From: an uncultured Aquimarina sp.
Lineage (GTDB): Bacteria > Bacteroidota > Bacteroidia > Flavobacteriales > Flavobacteriaceae
DNA: 64,000 nucleotides
Assembly: GCA_947497175.1 (NCBI GenBank)
Contig: CANMFM010000009.1
Location: 36,348-100,347 of the forward strand
Direction of reading: 5' to 3'
Position 1 is the first letter of the stretch, and each line of letters begins with the position of its first letter. Both the position numbers and the translations under genes were made by a program. Shown here one piece after another: positions 49,068 through 56,502 of this stretch. The notes beneath the pieces were generated by a model. It was not told where the DNA came from. It was given only the letters and a program-made list of their open reading frames with translations, and made no database searches.

Positions 49068-49074
49068 GCCTAAC
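49068..49074 (-). other. Terminal R'-like box (GTTAGGC on minus strand) at the promoter-proximal end of the array
   Basis: The + strand ATATTGCCTAAC lies 12 nt from the 49056 start. It is the reverse complement of GTTAGGCAATGT at 48148, the other end of the same unit (11/12 matches). No palindromic partner was recognised to its right. Confidence 0.5.
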
Positions 49075-49295
49075 AATCTTACAAAGGATATATATCCTTT
49101 ATATTTCATGTATGTTTATTTACAAATCTAATGGATTTTTGATCGACTCGAAAGAATTTAAGGCAACTTGGGGTACGGTCTTAGTCAATTTGTTTTATTT
49201 TAAAGTATTCTTTTACATGCTATCGGCTTTGCCTTAAGGCATCTTTAAGTGTATATGCCCTAAACGGTAAGGCGTTCTCAATATAAAAATAGCCC

Positions 49296-49672
49296 CTGCA
49301 GCTTGCAGGAAGGTTTCGCCAACCGGCGATTTGCTCCTGAAGTTTGCAGGAGCGTTTCGCCAACCCGCGATTTGCTCCTGAAGTTTGCAGGAGTGTTTCG
49401 CCAACCCGCGATTTGCCCCTGAAGTTTGCAGGAAGGTTTCGCCAACCCGCGATTTGCTCCTGAAGTTTGCAGGAGTGTTTCGCCAACCCGCGATTTGCTC
49501 CTGAAGTTTGCAGGAGTGTTTCGCCAATCCGCGATTTGCTCCTGAAGTTTGCAGGAGTGTTTCGCCAACCCGCGATTTGCTCCTGAAGTTTGCAGGAGTG
49601 TTTCGCCAACCCGCGATTTGCTCCTGAAGTTTGCAGGAAAATTTCGGCAACCCACGATTTGCTCCTGCAAAC
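49296..49672. repeat. 41-bp tandem repeat, 9 copies plus a partial tenth, GC-rich, with a hairpin in each unit
   Basis: Unit CTGAAGTTTGCAGGAGTGTTTCGCCAACCCGCGATTTGCTC starts at 49296, 49337, 49378, 49419, 49460, 49501, 49542, 49583 and 49624. The inner copies differ from the consensus by 0-3 nt and the two end copies by about 5. CTCCTG...CAGGAG forms a 6-7-bp stem across each unit junction. Confidence 0.9.
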
Positions 49673-49804
49673 TATAGGGGCCTTTTTTGAGTACTAAAAA
49701 GAATAGGGTATTTTTGCGTATAGTTTTCGTAAGATTTTTATATATACCATTTTGATTTCCAAATCATTTTTGTAGTTTGTAGATACTCTTTAAACCTATA
49801 TTTT

Positions 49805-50575
49805 ATGAAAACTATTAAAACTGCTTTCACCAACAAATACCGAAACGGTGAATTAATTCAATTCGTAGATGATATCACAGTACTTACTCAAAAAAGAGGG
49901 CCAGTACATGAAAAACTACACATTCGATATATCGAATTGAGAACTGCAAACACTAAAGCTTCAGAAGCCTTTGAGCCTAGTAGAAAACTTGTTAATACAA
50001 AAGAGCTTATTGCTATCGATAAACGCAGAGATGAGCTTACCATAGGATTGCGTACGCTGCTTGTGGGGCTTACCAAACATCCTTCTTTGCAATATCAAGA
50101 AGCTGCAGAACGTCTACTAGAGCGATTGGATAGTTATGGTAAAGCTATTTATCGGTACAACTACCAGTTACAAACACAAACGACCAAAGACCTTATCAAT
50201 GCGCTGACTACAGACAAAAAATTTGATGCCGATGTAAACACACTCCTTGTGGTTCGGGATTATATTAAAGCACTGCAACATGCAAATAGTAATTTTGCCG
50301 AAATATTTGTAAAGCGTACCCAAGAAAAAGGAGAGCAAATAGAAGCAGAAATGGCAGACTTGATCACTACCCTCGAAGAATCCTATAGAGCTTTTATAAT
50401 CAGACTTAATGCTATTGTAGAGATGGATGAGAGTTATCATGCAGATAACCTGATCAATGATATCAATGCGACTATTGATCAATATAACCAGGTCGTATTG
50501 GACCGAAGAGGAAAAGGTGAGTCCTCTTCAGAAACCAACAATCCACAAGATACTACAGAAGATTTTATAGCATAG
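49805..50575 (+). CDS. Helical protein of unknown function, divergent from the cassette array
   Basis: 256 aa, predicted all-helical, with an acidic C-terminus. No tyrosine-recombinase R..HxxR..Y pattern was seen. Confidence 0.6.
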   Translation: MKTIKTAFTNKYRNGELIQFVDDITVLTQKRGPVHEKLHIRYIELRTANTKASEAFEPSRKLVNTKELIAIDKRRDELTIGLRTLLVGLTKHPSLQYQEAAERLLERLDSYGKAIYRYNYQLQTQTTKDLINALTTDKKFDADVNTLLVVRDYIKALQHANSNFAEIFVKRTQEKGEQIEAEMADLITTLEESYRAFIIRLNAIVEMDESYHADNLINDINATIDQYNQVVLDRRGKGESSSETNNPQDTTEDFIA

Positions 50576-50590
50576 ATTATCAATCACCTT

Positions 50591-50624
50591 AAAAAAAAGC
50601 AACTCTGCTACAGGGTTGCTTTTA
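50591..50624. terminator. Bidirectional rho-independent terminator between convergent genes
   Basis: A8 - AGCAAC ... GTTGCT - T4, located between the 50575 (+) and 50652 (-) stops. Confidence 0.65.
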
Positions 50625-50651
50625 TAGTTTCACATTAAAAGATCATCGCTA

Positions 50652-52754
50652 TTAACTGATGTAATTCCAGATATTTTTATGCTTTGCCATTTGCTGATAG
50701 GTATACAGCAATACTTTGTTTTTTTCTGCAGATAATGCCGGATCTTCATTCAGGATTTTCATCGCATAATATCGAGCCGTTTTTAAAATATCATTGTCTT
50801 TAACGATATCGGCTATTTTTAAATTTAATACGCCACTTTGTTGGGTACCCATAATATCACCGGGGCCTCGAAGTTTTAGATCTACTTCGGCAATATCAAA
50901 TCCATCGTTAGTGCGCACCATGGTTTCGAGCCGGGTTTTACTGTCTGAGGATAGTTTATGGCTGGTCATCAAGATGCAATAACTTTGTTCTGCGCCTCGA
51001 CCTACACGTCCGCGCAATTGATGCAGTTGCGATAACCCGAACCGCTCTGCACTTTCGATAATCATAACACTGGCATTGGGTACATTGACCCCAACCTCAA
51101 TTACTGTAGTAGCAACCATGATATGGGTTTCTCCTTTTACAAAACGCTCCATTTCATAATCTTTATCAGCCGGTTTCATTTGGCCGTGCACAATAGAAAT
51201 TTGATATTCTGGAGTAGGGAAGGAGCGCGAAATACTTTCATATCCATCCATAAGATCTTTGTAGTCCATGGCTTCAGATTCCTGTATCAACGGATACACA
51301 ATATAAATTTGCCTTCCTTTTTGAATCTCATCGGCAATAAACTTAAACACCTTTAAACGATTACTATCATAGCGATGTACTGTTTTAATTGATTTCCTTC
51401 CTGGTGGCAACTCATCAATTACCGAAATATCCAGGTCTCCATACAGACTCATCGCCAAAGTTCGGGGGATGGGTGTTGCAGTCATGACCAAAATATGTGG
51501 TGGATACGTGTTTTTGTGCCATAATTTTGCGCGTTGCGCCACACCAAATCGGTGTTGCTCATCGATAATGGCCAATCCCAGGTTTTTAAACTGTACCTTA
51601 TCTTCCAGGATGGCGTGTGTACCAATCAAAATATGTAAGGTACCGTCTTCTAATTCTTGGTGAATACTCCTACGTTCTTTGGTAGTAGAACTCCCCATCA
51701 ATAATTTTACGTTGATATCCAGATCTTGAGTGAGTTCTTTGATCCCGAGGTAGTGTTGATTAGCCAGGATAGCGGTCGGAGCCATCAAACAAGCCTGAAA
51801 TCCATTATCTATAGCCAATAGCATAGTCATCAACCCTACAATGGTTTTACCCGAACCTACATCTCCTTGCAGCAACCGGTTCATCTGGGCACTGCTACCA
51901 ATATCATTTCTAATCTCTTTAATCACCCGTTTTTGAGCATTAGTAAGTTCAAATGGCAAATGATTTTTGTAGAAAGAATTGAAATGTTCTCCTACTTCGG
52001 TAAAAGGAAACCCTTTAATTTTTTGTTTGCGGATTAATTTTTTGGTAATAAGCTGTAGCTGAATATAAAACAACTCTTCAAATTTAAGGCGATATTGAGA
52101 TTTGGCTAATAATTCCTGGCTCTTCGGAAAATGAACATTAAAAACGGCCTCGCTTTTTGAAATCAGTTTAAGCTCATCCAAAATTTCTTTAGTTAGCGTA
52201 TCATAAAACCGCACATTTGTTTCAACAAAGAGTTGCTGCATCATTTTCATGAGTACCCGATTGGTAATTCCTTTATTTGAAAGTTTTTCGGTTGAAGGAT
52301 ATACCGGTTGCATGGCTGTTCTTAGATTACCTTTATGCTCCTCAAGGAGTTCCATCTCAGGATGGGGCATACTAAACCCGTTGTAGTATTTTGTTTTTCC
52401 AAAGATGACATAAGGAGTATTCAGCTTTAAATTTTCACGAATCCATTTTTGCCCTCTAAACCAAACCAGTTCCATCTCCCCGGTATCATCGATAAATTTT
52501 GCAACCAATCGTTTTCCTTTCTTTTGTTCTACAGTTTTGAGGTTAATAATCTTTCCGATAATCTGTACTTCGGCAGAGTTGCGTTGTAGTTGGTTGATTT
52601 TATAATACTGTGTTTTATCAATATATCGATTTGGAAATAAATTGATCAAATCCTGATAGGTATGAATTCCTAACTCTGATCGAAGCAATGCTGCACGAGA
52701 AGGGCCAACGCCTTTGAGATAATCTATCGGAGTTTGTAAAATATTAGAATTCAT
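50652..52754 (-). CDS. recG: ATP-dependent DNA helicase RecG
   Basis: Wedge domain followed by helicase motifs GDVGSGKT, DEQHRFG and TATPIPRT, and the TRG region QLRGRVGRG. The ATG at 52754 (MNSNILQTPIDYLKGVGP) gives a typical ~700-aa RecG. The ORF-track start at 52862 adds 36 unlikely residues. Confidence 0.9.
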   Translation of the reverse strand: MNSNILQTPIDYLKGVGPSRAALLRSELGIHTYQDLINLFPNRYIDKTQYYKINQLQRNSAEVQIIGKIINLKTVEQKKGKRLVAKFIDDTGEMELVWFRGQKWIRENLKLNTPYVIFGKTKYYNGFSMPHPEMELLEEHKGNLRTAMQPVYPSTEKLSNKGITNRVLMKMMQQLFVETNVRFYDTLTKEILDELKLISKSEAVFNVHFPKSQELLAKSQYRLKFEELFYIQLQLITKKLIRKQKIKGFPFTEVGEHFNSFYKNHLPFELTNAQKRVIKEIRNDIGSSAQMNRLLQGDVGSGKTIVGLMTMLLAIDNGFQACLMAPTAILANQHYLGIKELTQDLDINVKLLMGSSTTKERRSIHQELEDGTLHILIGTHAILEDKVQFKNLGLAIIDEQHRFGVAQRAKLWHKNTYPPHILVMTATPIPRTLAMSLYGDLDISVIDELPPGRKSIKTVHRYDSNRLKVFKFIADEIQKGRQIYIVYPLIQESEAMDYKDLMDGYESISRSFPTPEYQISIVHGQMKPADKDYEMERFVKGETHIMVATTVIEVGVNVPNASVMIIESAERFGLSQLHQLRGRVGRGAEQSYCILMTSHKLSSDSKTRLETMVRTNDGFDIAEVDLKLRGPGDIMGTQQSGVLNLKIADIVKDNDILKTARYYAMKILNEDPALSAEKNKVLLYTYQQMAKHKNIWNYIS

Positions 52755-52913
52755 TAAAGCGAATATAGTACTTATTAGAAAATAGTTCAACCTGTTTTTG
52801 TGTATGGATGTCATTATGATATCGTTCCGATACCTATCAGGGTTTATTATGTTATTTGTCACATTAGTAGTCTAAAATCGTTATTTTGGCAAAACATTTG
52901 ATTATATCAGAAT

Positions 52914-54998
52914 ATGCGAAGTATTGTATACATAATTATAAGTCTCATTTCTTTTGGAGGCGTTGCACAACAAGTCAATTCGGTAGATTTTTTAAAAGGC
53001 CAGGTTGATATTACGGTAGATGCTAAAGCAAAAGCAGTGCAAGGAGAAGTTACCTACACTTTTAAGATCTTAGAACCTACAAAGTCTATTTTTATCGACG
53101 CACAAAAGATGACGGTAGCTGGTGTCAAACTCGATGGAAAAAATATCGATTTTGAATATGATGATAAAAAAATTACACTACTTTCAAATTTCAAAAAGGA
53201 TGCCGATCACAGTATTACAATAGGCTATACTGCCACTCCTAAAAAGGCGCTTTACTTTGTTAAAGATTATGAAGGGAATAATCAAATATGGACCCAGGGA
53301 CAAGGAAAATACACATCAAATTGGCTCCCTAGTTTTGATGACATGAATGAAAAAGTAGCGTTTGATCTCACGATCAATTACACCAAAGGTTTTGAAGTAG
53401 TGGCTAATGGCAAATTAATTAAAAATGAAGCCGTTAACGATTCAATCCAACGTTGGCATTATGATATGCAACAACCCATGAGTAGTTACTTATTGGCATT
53501 AGCGATTGGTAAATACGATAAAGTTGTAGAAACTTCGGCCAGCGGTATTCCTTTAGAAATGTATTATTATCCAACGCATAAAGATAAGTTTGAGCCAACG
53601 TATAGACATACTAAAAGGATATTTGATTTTCTGGAAGACGAAATAGGATATGCTTTTCCGTGGCAAAATTATAAGCAGATCCCGGTAAAAGATTTTTTAT
53701 ACGCCGGTATGGAAAATACAGGGGCGACCATTTTTTCTGATGCCTTTGTAGTAGATGAAATTGCCTATGTGGATCGCAATTATATCAATGTTAATGCTCA
53801 TGAGCTTGCACATCAATGGTTTGGAGATCTGGTCACAGAAACTGAAGGGACTCACCATTGGCTGCAAGAAGGATTTGCCACCTATTATGCCTTACTAGTC
53901 GAAAAAGAGATTTTCGGAGAAGATTATTTTCTATATAAGCTCTATGAAAGTGCAGAACAGCTTACCGCACTTTCTAAAACACCAAATGCAACCCCGTTAT
54001 TAGATCCAAAAGCCAGCTCGCTCACCTTTTATCAAAGAGGTGCCTGGGCTATTCATGCACTAAGAAATTTAATAGGCAATACCAATTTTAAAATTACGGT
54101 TCATAATTATCTCGAGAAATATAAGTTTAAGAATGCTACAACAGACAATTTTATTAGCATAGCAGAAGAGGTGAGTGGCAAGGATTTATCAGACTATAAA
54201 ATGGTATGGTTAGAAAATGTTACATTTCCTTCGCAGGAAGCTTTGGATATCCTTACCAAATCTTCATTTATTCAAAAATATTTGAGTTTAGCGCAAGAGC
54301 GTACGCAGCCTATGGCGGGTAAGTGGAAAACTTTAGAGAATGCTTTGAGGTTCCCTACTAATGATTATCTGGGGCAGGAGGCCATCTATCAATTAGAAGG
54401 AAAAACGTCTCCAGAAGCGATAGCGCTCTATGATAAGGGTTTTGCTACCAATAACATTTTTGTTAGACAGGCTATTGCCAATACGTTAAGTAGAGTACCA
54501 GTAGAATTAAAAGAACAATATGAATCCTTGTTACAAGATTCGTCTTATGCGACTATAGAGCCTGCTTTATATCATTTATGGTCTAGTTTTCCAGAAGATC
54601 GTAAAAAATATCTGGATGCTACCAAAGAAATTATCGGATTTAGTGATAAGAATATAAGAGTGCTTTGGTTGGTTCTGGCGCTAAGCACCGAGGACTATCA
54701 AACCGATAAGCATCAAAATTTTTTTAATGAACTTTCTGGGTATACCTCACCAAAACACCATTTTAGCGTCAGAGAAAATGCTTTTGCCTATCTAGAAAGT
54801 TTACAAGCCTTTTCCGACCCATCCTTAAAAGATCTTATAGATGGCGCTACACATCATAATTGGCGATTTAGAAACTCCTGCCGGAAAATCCTTGATAAAT
54901 TATTAAAAAATGAAAAATATAAAAAGAAATATGTAGTTTTAAAGAATGATTTATCAAAGAATCAACAAGATTTTTTACAAAAAAAATTAACCCCATAG
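52914..54998 (+). CDS. M1-family zinc aminopeptidase (aminopeptidase N-like)
   Basis: Signal peptide. GxMEN-type YAGMENTG, and HELAHQWFGD...WLQEGFATY (HExxH-x18-E). Confidence 0.9.
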   Translation: MRSIVYIIISLISFGGVAQQVNSVDFLKGQVDITVDAKAKAVQGEVTYTFKILEPTKSIFIDAQKMTVAGVKLDGKNIDFEYDDKKITLLSNFKKDADHSITIGYTATPKKALYFVKDYEGNNQIWTQGQGKYTSNWLPSFDDMNEKVAFDLTINYTKGFEVVANGKLIKNEAVNDSIQRWHYDMQQPMSSYLLALAIGKYDKVVETSASGIPLEMYYYPTHKDKFEPTYRHTKRIFDFLEDEIGYAFPWQNYKQIPVKDFLYAGMENTGATIFSDAFVVDEIAYVDRNYINVNAHELAHQWFGDLVTETEGTHHWLQEGFATYYALLVEKEIFGEDYFLYKLYESAEQLTALSKTPNATPLLDPKASSLTFYQRGAWAIHALRNLIGNTNFKITVHNYLEKYKFKNATTDNFISIAEEVSGKDLSDYKMVWLENVTFPSQEALDILTKSSFIQKYLSLAQERTQPMAGKWKTLENALRFPTNDYLGQEAIYQLEGKTSPEAIALYDKGFATNNIFVRQAIANTLSRVPVELKEQYESLLQDSSYATIEPALYHLWSSFPEDRKKYLDATKEIIGFSDKNIRVLWLVLALSTEDYQTDKHQNFFNELSGYTSPKHHFSVRENAFAYLESLQAFSDPSLKDLIDGATHHNWRFRNSCRKILDKLLKNEKYKKKYVVLKNDLSKNQQDFLQKKLTP

Positions 54999-55008
54999 TA
55001 AAAATTAT

Positions 55009-55932
55009 ATGCGAGCATTGGTGATTTCCGGAGGAGGCAGTAAAGGCGCTTATGCTGGTGGCGTAGCACAATATTTAATGAATGAGGCAGGTCGAAAGTA
55101 CGATTTGTTTTTGGGTACTTCTACGGGTAGCTTATTAGTTCCTCAACTTGCTTTAGGTAATATTGGTAAGATGTACGACATCTATACAAATGTGAATCAA
55201 CATACCATTTTTAATGTGAATCCGTTTGTAGTGCGCAGAAAAGGAAATAGAGAATTCGTTTCTATTAACTTTTTTGCTTCGTTATGGCAATTTATTAAAA
55301 GAAAGCGAACTTTTGGAGAAAGCAAAAACCTAAGGTATTCTATACGCAAAAACTTCTCTGAAGCTGAATTTAGATTGGCGCGTAGAAAATCTGTTGACGT
55401 AGTGGTCACGGTATCAAACCTCACTAAAAACAGAACAGAATATAAATCTATTAATGATTTTTCGTATGAAGATTTTTGTGATTGGATCTGGATATCATGT
55501 AATTATGTACCTTTTATGAGTTTGGTTACCAAAAACGGATACGAATATGCAGATGGAGGTTTTGGATGTATGGTTCCCATACGTGAGGCGATACGTAGAG
55601 GAGCAACCGAAGTTGATGCGATTATTTTAGAGTCTGAGAATATGGAGCATAACAAAGTATTGGGTAAAAATCCGTTTTCTTTGATGGTCAATTTATTTGG
55701 TTATATGCTCGATCAGGTCGAAGGTCACGATACTGTGGTAGGTAAGTTAGCGGCAATCAATAAAAATGTTCCTTTAAATTTATATTATACCCCATCAAAG
55801 CTCACTGAAAATTCATTAATTTTTGATAAAAAATTAATGGGTAACTGGTGGCGACAAGGATATACTTATGCGGCACGAAAAGCCAAACAAGCCGAAGAAA
55901 ATAAGCTAAAAGATATTGATATGGCAGGGTAG
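55009..55932 (+). CDS. Patatin-like phospholipase
   Basis: GGGSKGAYAGG oxyanion motif, the GTSTGS nucleophile elbow (GxSxG) and an ADGG catalytic Asp motif. Confidence 0.9.
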   Translation: MRALVISGGGSKGAYAGGVAQYLMNEAGRKYDLFLGTSTGSLLVPQLALGNIGKMYDIYTNVNQHTIFNVNPFVVRRKGNREFVSINFFASLWQFIKRKRTFGESKNLRYSIRKNFSEAEFRLARRKSVDVVVTVSNLTKNRTEYKSINDFSYEDFCDWIWISCNYVPFMSLVTKNGYEYADGGFGCMVPIREAIRRGATEVDAIILESENMEHNKVLGKNPFSLMVNLFGYMLDQVEGHDTVVGKLAAINKNVPLNLYYTPSKLTENSLIFDKKLMGNWWRQGYTYAARKAKQAEENKLKDIDMAG

Positions 55933-55937
55933 TGCTT

Positions 55938-56456
55938 TTAAAACAAATCCCCGATCTCTTCTTTAATAAATGCCAGTGCTGTATCACTTGGGGCACCCTT
56001 TTCTATAATTTCAGTAAGGATAATCTCTCTCATTTTATCAGCAGAGGTCACCTCGTCTTTTAATACCGTTTTTCTAATGATTGCAATGGTGGTATTCTTT
56101 GCCGTTTTGATAGCATTCCAGCACTCGTCGGATACATATATCTGTTGCGTAAGATTGTGTTCAAATTCCTGTTCAATGGTATGGACCAACAGAGACTCAT
56201 AACTTTTTTTGTCTTCTCCTACGGGTGGCATTCGGGTAAGTAATTTACCCGGAGAAATTCTTTCTAAAAAGAGTACCATACGTTCATACGCCTGAAGTTT
56301 TAACGGTAATGCCTGCTTTTGATTTTCTCTATGTAAAATAAAACGACGGCGCCTTTCTTCGTTTGTAGTATGAAGTTTGAAAAAATAAAAGGCAATGAGT
56401 GTTACCAGTAATGCAGGAATCAGAGAAAAGACTAAAGGTAGAATATCGAAATCCAT
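55938..56456 (-). CDS. Single-TM protein, unknown function
   Basis: 172 aa with an N-terminal TM (ILPLVFSLIPALLVTLIAFYFF). Confidence 0.5.
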   Translation of the reverse strand: MDFDILPLVFSLIPALLVTLIAFYFFKLHTTNEERRRRFILHRENQKQALPLKLQAYERMVLFLERISPGKLLTRMPPVGEDKKSYESLLVHTIEQEFEHNLTQQIYVSDECWNAIKTAKNTTIAIIRKTVLKDEVTSADKMREIILTEIIEKGAPSDTALAFIKEEIGDLF

Positions 56457-56502
56457 TCGTTAATTTTATTGTGGTTTAGTAATGTACTATTTTAAGTTCT
56501 TT

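Larger units (their letters stand above)
28926..49074 (-). mobile_element. Integron-like gene-cassette array with no linked integrase in the window (CALIN-like)
   Basis: About 18 gene units, all but one gene on the minus strand, separated by AAC...GTT imperfect palindromes. For 13 consecutive units the two unit ends are reverse complements of each other across the ORF (see findings). Stop codons lie inside the R''-like boxes. Content is typical of cassettes: GNAT, methyltransferases and many small proteins of unknown function. Confidence 0.75.

Noticed and set aside
49123-49130. Bacteroidota -7-like promoter box TAGATTTG (minus strand) 67 nt upstream of the first cassette ATG, as a possible Pc-equivalent.
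   Set aside because: No TTG -33 element was found at the expected 17-23-bp spacing, and the motif is short and common in AT-rich DNA. It is not reported as a feature.
49220-49670. Three overlapping minus-strand ORFs (129, 138 and 130 aa) with related repetitive peptides (..LQEQIAGWRNTPANFRSKSRVGETLLQTSGANRGLAKHSCK..).
   Set aside because: They are the same 41-bp tandem repeat read in all three frames. Because 41 is not divisible by 3 and the unit has no minus-strand stop codon, every frame stays open. No convincing start context was seen. They are treated as non-coding repeat artefacts.
49296-49672. Possible CRISPR array (regular ~41-bp periodicity with a hairpin-forming unit).
   Set aside because: The units are directly abutting and near-identical along their full length. 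There are no unique spacers and no cas genes in the window.
49805-50575. Candidate integron integrase, by position (divergent from the first cassette).
   Set aside because: At 256 aa it is shorter than IntI. It is predicted all-helical, and I could not find the tyrosine-recombinase catalytic pattern (R, HxxR, Y).
52755-52862. 36-codon N-terminal extension of recG in the ORF track, and similarly the GTG at 7008 for pta.
   Set aside because: The downstream ATGs give N-termini that match the conserved starts of these families (MNSNILQTPIDYLKGVGP; MSKAVYIATIEPNSGKS).
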